Below, piece after piece: positions 16,128-25,621 of a DNA stretch of 64,000 nucleotides; the stretch's first letter is position 1; every line of letters starts with the position of its first letter. The notes beneath the pieces were generated by a model. The model worked only from the letters and a program-made list of their open reading frames with translations. It was not told where the DNA came from and did no database searches. The stretch lies in IMG/VR virus record IMGVR_UViG_3300005289_000016, positions 186,001 through 250,000 of that record; one strand, 5' to 3'. The translations under genes and the position numbers were made by a program.

Positions 16128-18608
16128 TTAGACGGAGCAACCGCCTGTAGTGCAGACTGGACCGTTGGTGTCCAAGCCATCGTCTTCTGCTACTTCACGA
16201 CGTACGCGAGTCATGACCGCTGCCAGCGCGTCTTTGTCAGACGAGTCGGTGTTGGTGTAGTAGACGGTCTTCTGGCCGTAGAAGGCCAAGGCGTTGGTTT
16301 CTTCGATCAAGTCGCTGGAGCTGACTTTCTCATCGCCCTTGAGGGTGGCGTACCAGTCTGCACTGATGGATTGGTCTGCCCACTTCTGGAAGATCGCGTA
16401 CGTCTTGGTGTGATCCAGACGAGTACGGTTCCAGGCAATGGAATACCACTCTTTCAGTGTGTCGGCTTCTGGTGCTACCCAGTACATGGAGTTGTCGGCG
16501 TCGGTCTTGATGATCGACAGTTCACGCAGATCCATGAGGCTGTTGGTGCAGGCGCTGTACTTCGAGGAGGACTCACCTGGCATGTGCGCAATCAGCGAGC
16601 TGTTGCGGCAACCTTTGTTCTCGATCAGTCGACGGGAGACATCGTCCCAGTCGTACACGTTCACGAACGGTGCCAAGGTATCGACGTTACGGTTGTAGGT
16701 TGTCTGTGGAGTCCAGCCACGTGGCCAGTCGGTCTTGTGAATCCACTCTGCGTTGCCACGCTCTTGACCCAGACGGATCGAAGCGTTGATCAGGTGATAC
16801 GCATGACGCTCGGCGATGCGATGCAGCTCCATCATGCCTTCCTGCGAGTTGTAAGACAACTTGCGCTGGGCCATGTAGTGAGCGACGTCCATCAGACCCA
16901 CACCAGCGTTACGACGCGCTTGGGCGGTCAGCTTCATGTGAGGCAGGGCGTAGTCGTTGTTGTCGATGCAGTAGTCGATCATGTACAGAGCGTTGTAAGC
17001 CGTCTCGGCGTACTGTTCTTCTGTCTTGATGTTGGTCGGGATCAATGCAGCCAGTGCACAGAGGGAGACCTCAGGCTCTTGACGCTTGTCATGGACGGCT
17101 GTCACCTTGTGGTAGGTGAACGTACCTTCACGACGGTACTCCACGCCCGGCTTGAGTTCCAGTGCGGCAACCGAACCCACCATGCCTTTGATTTCAACTG
17201 GTACGTTGGAGTCGAGGAACATATCCTCATTCTCTTCGGTGGCGAACTTGATGTAGCCCAAGAACTTGGTGCTGTACAGTTCGATCAGGTGATCATAGTG
17301 CCAGGTAGGTTGAGTGATCTCAACACACAGGTTGGACGACAGGATCGGATCACGGTGCGGCGTGTGGAAGTTGATCTCGTCGATCAGTGCCAGGTAGAAA
17401 CGACCGGTCTCGAACCCTTCGGAACGGGCGTTGACGACCAGTTGGCGAGCCGATACAAAGGTCTTCTCGAACGTCTCGTCCTGTTCGTACTTCTGGTACA
17501 GACGGATGAATTCGTTGAGGTCCTTGCCGTACATCGCCGCCGACAGGTCAGGGGCGCTGAAGACGTTGAACAGGAAGACCTGCTCATTGAGCGCCGACTT
17601 GTGCAGCAGGAAGCGGTTCAGCATCATGGTGTAATCGATGCCGCGCTGACGCTTGTTGATCGGGGTCCGTGGGTTCTTCAGGACCATGATCTCGGCGACT
17701 TCAGGATCGAACGCACTGAAGTACTCGTTCAGACTACCGCCACGAGGACCTTGCTTGTTCGACTTGACGATGCCGAATTGCTTGTTGTAGTACGGAAGCT
17801 TACCGCTATGGATCACCAGACCGCCACGGATCGGTTCGCCCAGAGAACGGACACGCATGTTCTCGCCGAGGCCGGCGGACATGTAGGTCATCACTTCAGC
17901 AATCACGGAGGACGCGCCGATGGATTCCTTGGTGTCGTCACAGGTGAACAAGCAGCACGAGAAGAACCCGTTGTGGCCAGTGCCCATGTTGTTGTGGTTC
18001 GGCGTTGGTGCCGACAGACGCTCGTTCACGAGGTCAGCGTAGATCGACTCGAAGCGAGCCATCCGGGTGATCGGATCGTGGTGCTCACAGACGACCATGG
18101 CCACACGAGCCAGCGCGTGTTGACGAGTCTCGTAGATACGACCAGTCACACGGTTGCGCAGAGCGTACTTGTCACGGCCTTGCTTGAGCTGGTAGTGCGC
18201 ACAGTGGAAGTCACGCTCGTGGTCGATCAGCGACTCGATGTGAGCGTATTCGTCGTCAGAGTAGTTCAGGTTCAGCAACACGCCAGCGGCTTGCATGACG
18301 GTGTGGACTTCGCGCAGGGTGCGTTTCTTCTTGCCCCCGAATACTTCCTTATGGATGTCAGTTGCGTAGATACGTCCGGCCATCAGTTGGCCAGCCCAAG
18401 TATCAGTGTTCAGTGCGTTACGGATCAGGCCGTTGTTGAATTCTTGAGCAGTGCAGCGCTCTGGCATCTGTGCCACAGTGGCGACAACAATGGCCTGCCA
18501 GTCGATGTACTTGGCGAATCCTCGTGCTCCCCACTTCCCCCAGCCGAGAGCCTTGGATGCGTTGAACGGTTCAATGTGCCCGTCACGTTTGATGAACTCT
18601 TTGATCAT
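16128..18608 (-). CDS. nrdA: ribonucleotide reductase class I alpha subunit
   Basis: N-terminal ATP-cone-like IKRDG, LSAPTP, FSCC, SNLCVEI (catalytic Cys/Asn/Glu), KTVYY and C-terminal CTTGGC. Confidence 0.95.
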   Translation of the reverse strand: MIKEFIKRDGHIEPFNASKALGWGKWGARGFAKYIDWQAIVVATVAQMPERCTAQEFNNGLIRNALNTDTWAGQLMAGRIYATDIHKEVFGGKKKRTLREVHTVMQAAGVLLNLNYSDDEYAHIESLIDHERDFHCAHYQLKQGRDKYALRNRVTGRIYETRQHALARVAMVVCEHHDPITRMARFESIYADLVNERLSAPTPNHNNMGTGHNGFFSCCLFTCDDTKESIGASSVIAEVMTYMSAGLGENMRVRSLGEPIRGGLVIHSGKLPYYNKQFGIVKSNKQGPRGGSLNEYFSAFDPEVAEIMVLKNPRTPINKRQRGIDYTMMLNRFLLHKSALNEQVFLFNVFSAPDLSAAMYGKDLNEFIRLYQKYEQDETFEKTFVSARQLVVNARSEGFETGRFYLALIDEINFHTPHRDPILSSNLCVEITQPTWHYDHLIELYSTKFLGYIKFATEENEDMFLDSNVPVEIKGMVGSVAALELKPGVEYRREGTFTYHKVTAVHDKRQEPEVSLCALAALIPTNIKTEEQYAETAYNALYMIDYCIDNNDYALPHMKLTAQARRNAGVGLMDVAHYMAQRKLSYNSQEGMMELHRIAERHAYHLINASIRLGQERGNAEWIHKTDWPRGWTPQTTYNRNVDTLAPFVNVYDWDDVSRRLIENKGCRNSSLIAHMPGESSSKYSACTNSLMDLRELSIIKTDADNSMYWVAPEADTLKEWYSIAWNRTRLDHTKTYAIFQKWADQSISADWYATLKGDEKVSSSDLIEETNALAFYGQKTVYYTNTDSSDKDALAAVMTRVRREVAEDDGLDTNGPVCTTGGCSV

Positions 18609-18790
18609 TGGATGATGCCCTAGCTGTTGATTCTGAGACCAAGATTGGTGATTGGTTGGCCCTCTATGCATAATGTATCCGGTCTAAATTTCTTTTGTAA
18701 ATTGAACCGTATTATGACCACACATTATCGACTCGATGGACATGTAAATTAAAAAGGAGTGGGGCCTTTATATGTACGTCAGGGGGATTT

Positions 18791-19108
18791 ATGGAAGCAG
18801 TAACGATACACAAGCTCAACGAAAAGCTCGTCGTTAGCTTAGCCGAACTACCGGGCTTTAGAAGACTCGGATCGGTCGTGGTAAAGGATGAGCAAGGATT
18901 GAAGTCCGGGGCTGTCACCGTGTACTTCGCTGGGGATTACTTCGACAGCAGGCTAGAAGAAGGGGAATTCGATAAGACGCGTAACCAGATCACGAAGCTG
19001 GTCAGGAACTACGCCGTCAAGAATGGATACGGTGTCTCTACAGGACGGATGAACCTGTCCTTGACGTTACGTGAACGAAATAACGCACAATTACCAGAAG
19101 TTGCATAG
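18791..19108 (+). CDS. hypothetical protein (105 aa)
   Basis: ORF track; first gene after the AT-rich divergent intergenic region. Confidence 0.65.
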   Translation: MEAVTIHKLNEKLVVSLAELPGFRRLGSVVVKDEQGLKSGAVTVYFAGDYFDSRLEEGEFDKTRNQITKLVRNYAVKNGYGVSTGRMNLSLTLRERNNAQLPEVA

Positions 19109-19118
19109 GGGCTATTCA

Positions 19119-19451
19119 ATGGGATTTATCAAACGGTTCCGCGCTCGACATGAAGAGCGTCGTCAGCTGTACGAGAGCATCAAGCTCACCCATAAAGCTA
19201 TTCGCAGGCTGGTCGTGACCGACATCTTCGTCGGCTACAACAACCACTCAGAAGAAATCAGGGCACTCTACCGCGAGATGATCGAACAGGTCGGTCGCTT
19301 TGCGGACATCGTTAAGAGTGTCAACCTCATCGACACCATGTTCTACGGCGAAGAAATGCGTAGACAGGTGCCTTACATCAAAAAGCTCGACGACGAGATC
19401 AGGAACATGATGTTCTCGACGCAAGAGCAAGAACAGGTCTTAGCCACATGA
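19119..19451 (+). CDS. hypothetical protein (110 aa, start MGFIKRF)
   Basis: Internal ATG avoids the overlap; ATGA coupling to dcd. Confidence 0.65.
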   Translation: MGFIKRFRARHEERRQLYESIKLTHKAIRRLVVTDIFVGYNNHSEEIRALYREMIEQVGRFADIVKSVNLIDTMFYGEEMRRQVPYIKKLDDEIRNMMFSTQEQEQVLAT

Positions 19452-20290
19452 GTCTTAAAAGTGATCGTTGGATCATCGGACAGAACCGCATCCCAGCATT
19501 CCGCTTCGTGGATCGCAAAGGGGATAAGAACTACGTCGTAGGGCCTCCGTACACCGAGTACGAAAGCCAAGTCATCAAGGCATCCTTGTATGACATCGAA
19601 GGTATTGGTGGTCCTTCTCCAGCCAAGCATCCGTTGCGTCGTCACATTGCTGTCCAGATCCCTAAGGCTCAGCTGGACGACTGGAAGCCAATGATCGAAG
19701 GTGCGGTGGACAAACCCATCCGTTACGTGGATCGCACTACTGGGGAGCCTGTAGACGTCCCCTACGGTGAGGAGCCGCCAGAGACAGCCCGTAAGATCAT
19801 TTCCTACGGAACGTCTTCCTACGGCTACGACGTGCGCATCAAGGGTGATCCCGAGCAGATCAAGGTCTTCACCAATGTGTACGAACCAGAGATCGATCCC
19901 AAGAACATGAAGGAGAGCAACTTCGGCACTCCTCAGGTTCAGATCGCTGCTGATGGTTCGCGGTTCGTCTGGGTCCCAGCCCATGGCTACATCCAAGCAC
20001 CGACCATGGAGTACTTCCGCATCCCGCGTGACGTGCTCGTGATCGTGCTAGGCAAATCGACTTATGCACGCTCTGCCTTGATCTGCAACGTGACGCCTAT
20101 CGAGCCTGAGTTTGAAGGCGAGGTGGTCATTGAAGTAGCCAACGTGACCAACAGTCCGGTCCGCTGCTACCTCGAAGAAGGCATCGCTCAGTTCGTCTTC
20201 TTGCAAGGCGATGAAGCATGCCTGCGTTCGTACAAAGACAAGATGGGCAAATACCAAGGACAACGCGGCCTGACTCTGGCCCGCGTCTAA
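19448..20290 (+). CDS. dcd: dCTP deaminase with N-terminal insertions
   Basis: MSLKSDRWI, ISYGTSSYGYDVR, GKSTYAR, NVTPIEPEFEG, EGIAQ and KYQGQ. Confidence 0.92.
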   Translation: MSLKSDRWIIGQNRIPAFRFVDRKGDKNYVVGPPYTEYESQVIKASLYDIEGIGGPSPAKHPLRRHIAVQIPKAQLDDWKPMIEGAVDKPIRYVDRTTGEPVDVPYGEEPPETARKIISYGTSSYGYDVRIKGDPEQIKVFTNVYEPEIDPKNMKESNFGTPQVQIAADGSRFVWVPAHGYIQAPTMEYFRIPRDVLVIVLGKSTYARSALICNVTPIEPEFEGEVVIEVANVTNSPVRCYLEEGIAQFVFLQGDEACLRSYKDKMGKYQGQRGLTLARV

Positions 20291-20305
20291 CCGAGCATAG
20301 ACACC

Positions 20306-20647
20306 ATGACTAACACCATTATCATCAAAGACGACATCGAGCGTGCCATCAACTACGTCCGCAAGCACAATCTTGAATGTGCTCAACCGCTGACGGAGAT
20401 GATCTTTGATCACATCGCCAAACTCCGCGATGGCGGCTGGAACATCACCTACACCGGTTCGGTCCTGACCAACCGTACCGACTACGTTTATAACCACACT
20501 GGCGAAGACAACGATGAGCGGGTGTTCTTCCACCTGTTCAAGTTGGATCAGAAAGGTCAGGCCATCGACGTGGCCTCCTTCATCGCTGTGAACCTCACTC
20601 GCGGTACAGTCACCGACTGCTCCGCCAACATTGTTTCTGTGCACTGA
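20306..20647 (+). CDS. hypothetical protein (113 aa)
   Basis: ORF track; typical codon usage. Confidence 0.7.
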   Translation: MTNTIIIKDDIERAINYVRKHNLECAQPLTEMIFDHIAKLRDGGWNITYTGSVLTNRTDYVYNHTGEDNDERVFFHLFKLDQKGQAIDVASFIAVNLTRGTVTDCSANIVSVH

Positions 20648-20654
20648 GGCAACC

Positions 20655-21035
20655 ATGGCAACATTCAACGCAAAACTGGGGATGGGACAACAGTCCCTGA
20701 CCGACACCAGTCTTGAGAAACTCAAGGCCAAGGCCAACGCTGGTCAACTGCTCTGTGAGTTCCAAGCGCCACGTCTTGTACAAGGTGCCAGTCCTCAGGA
20801 GAAGGCTGACCGTTACAAGATGATCGTAGACGATCGTGTCTGTGCCAAGATCACCCGCATCTATCGGGGTGAAGATGGTCACGTCTACGGCGACGTTGAG
20901 CCACATGGCCCAATGAGCAAGACCCTCAAGCAAATGGTGGATCGTGGTACCACCGATAACGTCATCTTCGGCATGCGCACTATCTTGAAAGCGGGCATCG
21001 CCGACGTGATCACCTACGACCTCGTTCATTTCTGA
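20655..21035 (+). CDS. prohead-protease-fold paralog, probably catalytically inactive (126 aa)
   Basis: CEFQAP...DDRVCAKI...DVEPHGP...NVIFGMRT...VITYDLV follows the phiKZ/T4 head-protease motif order, with the catalytic His and Ser apparently replaced; GAGG RBS. Confidence 0.5.
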   Translation: MATFNAKLGMGQQSLTDTSLEKLKAKANAGQLLCEFQAPRLVQGASPQEKADRYKMIVDDRVCAKITRIYRGEDGHVYGDVEPHGPMSKTLKQMVDRGTTDNVIFGMRTILKAGIADVITYDLVHF

Positions 21036-21042
21036 GACCATC

Positions 21043-22020
21043 ATGACCAAACCCATCGTTGTACTTTATCACCGTGGCTGTAACGACGGTATCGTTGCGG
21101 CCTGGGCTGCCTTTGCCCATTACGGTAAGGCAGCCAAGTACATGGCTTACCAATACGGTGAAGAGCTGCCTGCGGATGTCTTTGGCGCCCATGTCATCAT
21201 GGTTGACCTGAGCCTCCCTAAGGAGATGCTCGCCACCATTGGGCAGGAAGTGGAGTCGATGCTCATCATCGACCACCACAAGACGGCCAAGCCGTTGGAA
21301 ACCATCATGCGTCCGGTCAAGACGTATTCAGAGTACATGCGTTATCGTTCCATTGGTGAACGTTCGTTCCTGCTGTTCGACAATGCGCACTCTGGCGCTG
21401 CATTGACCTACGCGTTCTTTAACAACTCCGAAACCGTCGTGGCTGAAGAGTTGCCGTACCCGATCCGTCTGATCCAAGACTACGATCTGTGGCACCACAA
21501 GTTCGAAGACACCAAGCCGCTCAATGCATGGTTGATCAATGGCGGTCTGACCATCGAGCGTGTGGATGAGTTGATGTCTCATGGCGACAACATCCCGGCT
21601 GAATACTTGGCCGTGGGCAATGCGCTCATGAAGTACGATGACAAGATCATCCGCAGCGTACTCCGTGAGTACCTGGAAGTCTTCACGACCGATGCCGGTC
21701 TGAAGTACGTGATGGTCAATGCTCCGCACCACCTGCGTAACGAGATCGGCGATCGTCTCTCCGACAAGTTCGACTTCGTTGTGCTGTACACCCGTCGCAA
21801 AGATCGCACCATCTACAGCCTTCGGGCCCGTAAGGGTGGCTTCGACACGTCTACCATCTCCCAGATGTTCGGGGGCGGTGGCCATGCAGAAGCTTCTGCG
21901 TTCTCCATTGCACACCCGGCTACCGGTAGCATAAGCCTGCCGAATATTCTCGGCAAACCACCCACCTTCCTCGAACGTCTCTCCGCTGCGTGGGGGTTCT
22001 TTCGAGGCGCTACGTCGTAA
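21043..22020 (+). CDS. DHH/DHHA1-family phosphoesterase
   Basis: YHRGCNDG, MVDLS, IIDHH and GGGGHAEASAF motifs. Confidence 0.88.
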   Translation: MTKPIVVLYHRGCNDGIVAAWAAFAHYGKAAKYMAYQYGEELPADVFGAHVIMVDLSLPKEMLATIGQEVESMLIIDHHKTAKPLETIMRPVKTYSEYMRYRSIGERSFLLFDNAHSGAALTYAFFNNSETVVAEELPYPIRLIQDYDLWHHKFEDTKPLNAWLINGGLTIERVDELMSHGDNIPAEYLAVGNALMKYDDKIIRSVLREYLEVFTTDAGLKYVMVNAPHHLRNEIGDRLSDKFDFVVLYTRRKDRTIYSLRARKGGFDTSTISQMFGGGGHAEASAFSIAHPATGSISLPNILGKPPTFLERLSAAWGFFRGATS

Positions 22021-22029
22021 GGATACACC

Positions 22030-22239
22030 GTGACGGACAATTCGTTACTCATCATCGTTGCAGGCGTCTTGTCGGCGCTTGTACACCTCGTGCTGAACCC
22101 ATTGTGGCTGTGGTTGGCCCCTACGAAGAAGATTCCCAATCCATTCGTGCTGGTGCTGGTCTACTTCCCTCTGGGTGCAGTGATCATTTACGCAGTTCTT
22201 TACGTGGTATATCGATTGTACCTTAATAGCTACCCCTGA
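22030..22239 (+). CDS. small two-TM membrane protein (69 aa)
   Basis: AAGGA RBS, GTG start, two hydrophobic segments. Confidence 0.7.
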   Translation: MTDNSLLIIVAGVLSALVHLVLNPLWLWLAPTKKIPNPFVLVLVYFPLGAVIIYAVLYVVYRLYLNSYP

Positions 22240-22267
22240 GGACCAGAGTCCTCGCACAGGAGGCAAC

Positions 22268-22846
22268 ATGTTCAGCAAGTCGTCCCACCTGCTTCAGTAC
22301 CGTGTGGAGTTGCATGATCAGTATTACCGTAAGGGACACACTGATCAAACAAAAGTGCACAGGCTGTCGCTACTGGATCATGACTTGTTGAGCATCAACA
22401 ACAAGATCTGGGGTGACGGTAATCAGACCAGCGTTGGTTACATCGATGCCGCTGTCGGCGCGATCATCGCCATCCGGATCTTGAACCTGTGCAACAAGAA
22501 TGCTAGCCAAGCCTTTATGTGCGACGGCGAAGCAGAACCCACTGATCCGCATGCATTGCTGATTGCTGGGAATGGGCTCTCCAAAGCGATCCGTGAGTTT
22601 GGTCTGAAAGGTGACGTCAAGTACCTCAAGATCATCATCACGGTCGCAATGGAGATGCTGTCGATTTATGTCCGACAGTGCTGGGCCCAAGACCGTGACC
22701 TTAAACAAGTCATAGTCACACAGCTCGATGTGGAGGCTGAGGAGGAACTCTTCCACAACTTCCACAAGGCTGAGATTGACCGACTGATGGAAATGGCCAA
22801 GTCCATGACCATAAACCAACCTACCACTTCAATGCTACCAATGTAG
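22268..22846 (+). CDS. hypothetical protein (192 aa)
   Basis: AGGAGG RBS. Confidence 0.78.
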   Translation: MFSKSSHLLQYRVELHDQYYRKGHTDQTKVHRLSLLDHDLLSINNKIWGDGNQTSVGYIDAAVGAIIAIRILNLCNKNASQAFMCDGEAEPTDPHALLIAGNGLSKAIREFGLKGDVKYLKIIITVAMEMLSIYVRQCWAQDRDLKQVIVTQLDVEAEEELFHNFHKAEIDRLMEMAKSMTINQPTTSMLPM

Positions 22847-22859
22847 CTGGAGACTTCCC

Positions 22860-23258
22860 ATGGAAGCTGTAATGACTGCACCTGCAACAGACGCTGCATC
22901 CCTGCGTAAACTGAAAGCCATCGGTTGCCTGAACACCCTGCAAATGCTCGCAGCGCGTAATCAGACGATCAACTACGAGACGCTGGCGCTCATGATGGGC
23001 CTGCCGTCCTCTGGCAACGCCCTGGCTGCCTCGATCTCGCCGGTGCTGTACGACGTGTTCAACTTCTGCGTAGAAGCTGGCCTGCCTCACCTGACGGTGC
23101 TGGTGGTACGCAAGTCGGGTAAAGACAAAGGTCTGCCTGGCCCGGGCTTCTGGAAGGTGTACCGTCCAGATCAACAACTCACGATGGTCGAGCGTATCGA
23201 CCTGACTGAGGAAGAAACTGCCAAGTGCTTCCGTCTCTACGAGAAGCTGGGCGCGTAA
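22860..23258 (+). CDS. putative winged-HTH nucleic-acid-binding protein
   Basis: INYETLALMMGL...LPHLTVLVVRKSG..GLPGPGFW is reminiscent of alkyltransferase-like wHTH domains; GGAGA RBS. The family call is weak. Confidence 0.55.
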   Translation: MEAVMTAPATDAASLRKLKAIGCLNTLQMLAARNQTINYETLALMMGLPSSGNALAASISPVLYDVFNFCVEAGLPHLTVLVVRKSGKDKGLPGPGFWKVYRPDQQLTMVERIDLTEEETAKCFRLYEKLGA

Positions 23259-23270
23259 CACACCCGTAAT

Positions 23271-23296
23271 AGAGGCTGGGGAAATCCCCAGCCTCT
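23271..23296 (+). terminator. hairpin, probable terminator
   Basis: AGAGGCTGGGG-AAAT-CCCCAGCCTCT; weak U tract. Confidence 0.55.
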
Positions 23297-23325
23297 CACC
23301 ATTTGAAATCCTTCGAGGAAACACC

Positions 23326-24144
23326 ATGATCCGTCCACAAGCGCTCACCGAATTCGCTCGCTACGCAGTAACCACCAACAAGTGGGCTATCGATCCACAA
23401 CTCGTTGAAGATTCGTTCATCCAGTTCTACTACGGCTACCTGTTCAACAAGAACATCCAGCCTATCGTTGGACTGGCTGCCACTGTCCGGGGTGACGATT
23501 ACCCGCTGGGTTCGTTCTCCGTCGACTTGACGATGGAAGAACTCAACCGTCCGCGTGGCGACTTCCGTTTGAAGGTTACCGCTTACGGTCCCAACGAGTG
23601 TGAAGTACAGGAAACGCCATGTGACCTGCACATGCGCATGAACGATGGTGCTGAACTGCTGATCAAGTTCGATCAGTCCATGGTTGCCAAGAAGGAACCG
23701 GTTGAAGGCGAAGACACCTCGAAGCAACGTAGGGCAGACCATCGCGGTACTCGCAGTGTTCGCGACGAGCTGACGGATCACGACATCAACGTACTCCACA
23801 GCATCAGCATGATCACTTCGTCCCAGATCATCGAGTACTTGACCGGTGGTCGCAATGCTCGTAAGGATCTCCCAGAGATCGCGTTCCGTTTGGGTGCCAC
23901 CAATCGGCTCCATGCCGCTGTGAAGGTGATCAGTACCCAGTATGTCGGTGAGCAGGGCGAAGACATCCTTGTCCAACCGCTGCTCAGTAAAAGGACCACT
24001 CCAGCGTTCAGTTCTCATTACGGGACTGACAAGGAATGGCGGATGTCCATCAAAGGCGACGCCCGTCGGGCCGAGTTTGAATACACCCCAGAAGAGAAAG
24101 AGGTATTCGACGAGTACTTCAAAGTTCTTCACGCAATGACCTAA
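23326..24144 (+). CDS. hypothetical protein (272 aa)
   Basis: GAGGA RBS; typical codon usage. Confidence 0.78.
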   Translation: MIRPQALTEFARYAVTTNKWAIDPQLVEDSFIQFYYGYLFNKNIQPIVGLAATVRGDDYPLGSFSVDLTMEELNRPRGDFRLKVTAYGPNECEVQETPCDLHMRMNDGAELLIKFDQSMVAKKEPVEGEDTSKQRRADHRGTRSVRDELTDHDINVLHSISMITSSQIIEYLTGGRNARKDLPEIAFRLGATNRLHAAVKVISTQYVGEQGEDILVQPLLSKRTTPAFSSHYGTDKEWRMSIKGDARRAEFEYTPEEKEVFDEYFKVLHAMT

Positions 24145-24161
24145 GGTCAAACGAGGATAAC

Positions 24162-24962
24162 ATGAAACGGATACTCAGCATCATCCTGCTGGCCTTCTGT
24201 GCCAGTGCCAACGCTTCCGTAGATTACTACGACGGCAATGGCGTGTCATTCCCCGATGAGGTCAGTCCTCACGGTTTGCCTGAAGTCATCCCATGCATCA
24301 GTAAGAAGGCGTACACCGGTCAGACGATGCTTGTCTGCACTTGGCTGGCGAACGCCCGTTACATCGACGTGTGGGATGACAAACGACAGCAAGACGTGAA
24401 GTACAACAACCAGATCGGTGGGCAGTGTCGCCGTGGTACGTGTCGTGCTGACACTATCAACGTCGGACAGTGGCAGCAGGACGTTCCGTTTCTGTTGTCC
24501 CGCTGGTACAACATCGGTCGTAGTGCCGATGGCAAGCCTGTGGCCTACCGTGTCGATGCTTCTCGTGTCGTCACCTACGCCGAGGCTGGACGGCTGTTGA
24601 TGCAGTTCTACATGGATGCAGGGATTCCGGATGAGGAATTGGTCTCCACCTTCGATAAGCGCTACGACGGCGGCTACGCTGCGTGGAAGGCTACGGGTGC
24701 CCAAGTATCCTCCGCTCCTCTGCAACCCTCTGTGATGAAGGTCAGCTCCCCACAGAGCTATCCGGACGTCACGTCTGCTTGGTGTAACCCACGGGCCGAC
24801 GATGATTGCTACATCAACAACAAAAAGGTACCGATTGCCGAACTGGGCAAGTACCTGCCAGCGATCAGTGAATCCAATGCCGATCAGTTAGGGGGCGGTT
24901 GTGAAACCATCCTCTGCTTCGACAAGGACGACAAGCCGCTGGGTTATCTGCTTCAAGAATAA
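24162..24962 (+). CDS. secreted/periplasmic protein with Cys pairs (266 aa)
   Basis: Sec signal peptide MKRILSIILLAFCASANA (AxA site); GAGGA RBS; several Cys. Confidence 0.75.
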   Translation: MKRILSIILLAFCASANASVDYYDGNGVSFPDEVSPHGLPEVIPCISKKAYTGQTMLVCTWLANARYIDVWDDKRQQDVKYNNQIGGQCRRGTCRADTINVGQWQQDVPFLLSRWYNIGRSADGKPVAYRVDASRVVTYAEAGRLLMQFYMDAGIPDEELVSTFDKRYDGGYAAWKATGAQVSSAPLQPSVMKVSSPQSYPDVTSAWCNPRADDDCYINNKKVPIAELGKYLPAISESNADQLGGGCETILCFDKDDKPLGYLLQE

Positions 24963-25017
24963 TCAACTGTACGGGGAGTGCCAATGTGCTCCCCTAGACC
25001 ACCATGGGGTTTTAACA

Positions 25018-25554
25018 ATGTCTGTATTGGTTCTGGATTCTGGCTACATCGTTGACGGTCTTGGTTTGGTGCCACGCATCAAGGGGATTTATCGGGATCA
25101 GTCTGAAGGACGTGAACGCTGGGTTGTATCGCCAACCAACGACAACAACCTGAAGGAACGTGCCTACTTCCACGACAACGTGTACGGTGATGCTGACGAA
25201 GCCTACAAGGCGGCTGTCAAGTATCTGTACGAACATGGCGAACTGTACGCTCAAGGCATGCGCCGTATCCTGAAGGAGCGTTGTGACAAGCAATGGCTCA
25301 CAGGGACCGTGGGTGTCTGTGTACGTCGTCAGCACAGGGGTAACCTCGACTACTACGCGATCATCGCTACACCGATCGCTGAGCAGCCTGGGTGCATCGC
25401 TTATGCCGGGAACGAGAACACTCATGGCCACTACTTCGACGCAGCATTGAAGTTGGTCACTGAGCATCGTCACCGCGCAGTCAAGCGTTATGTGAAGAAA
25501 CGTCGTGTGAAACTGAAGGATGCCATGCCCTGGCAGATCCCCGGTATCATGTGA
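25018..25554 (+). CDS. AP2-like DNA-binding domain protein (178 aa)
   Basis: KGIYR...RWVV...F...YGD.DEAYKAA and a second TGTVGV unit resemble tandem AP2 domains. Confidence 0.5.
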   Translation: MSVLVLDSGYIVDGLGLVPRIKGIYRDQSEGRERWVVSPTNDNNLKERAYFHDNVYGDADEAYKAAVKYLYEHGELYAQGMRRILKERCDKQWLTGTVGVCVRRQHRGNLDYYAIIATPIAEQPGCIAYAGNENTHGHYFDAALKLVTEHRHRAVKRYVKKRRVKLKDAMPWQIPGIM

Positions 25555-25562
25555 CAGCTCTA

Positions 25563-25606
25563 GGCAGGAGGGCTTCGGCCCTCCTTGCCACCCCTTTATT
25601 TTTTCT
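25563..25606 (+). terminator. intrinsic terminator
   Basis: GGCAGGAGGGC-TTCG-GCCCTCCTTGCC plus a T tract. Confidence 0.75.
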
Positions 25607-25621
25607 TTGTTCGAGGACGCT

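Noticed and set aside
14880-18608. Intron or intein in nrdA/nrdB
   Set aside because: Both ORFs are continuous, of normal length, and show no intein termini or homing-endonuclease motifs.
16050-18623. 857-aa plus-strand ORF antisense to nrdA
   Set aside because: Shadow ORF caused by the strong codon bias (few antisense stop codons); no motifs.
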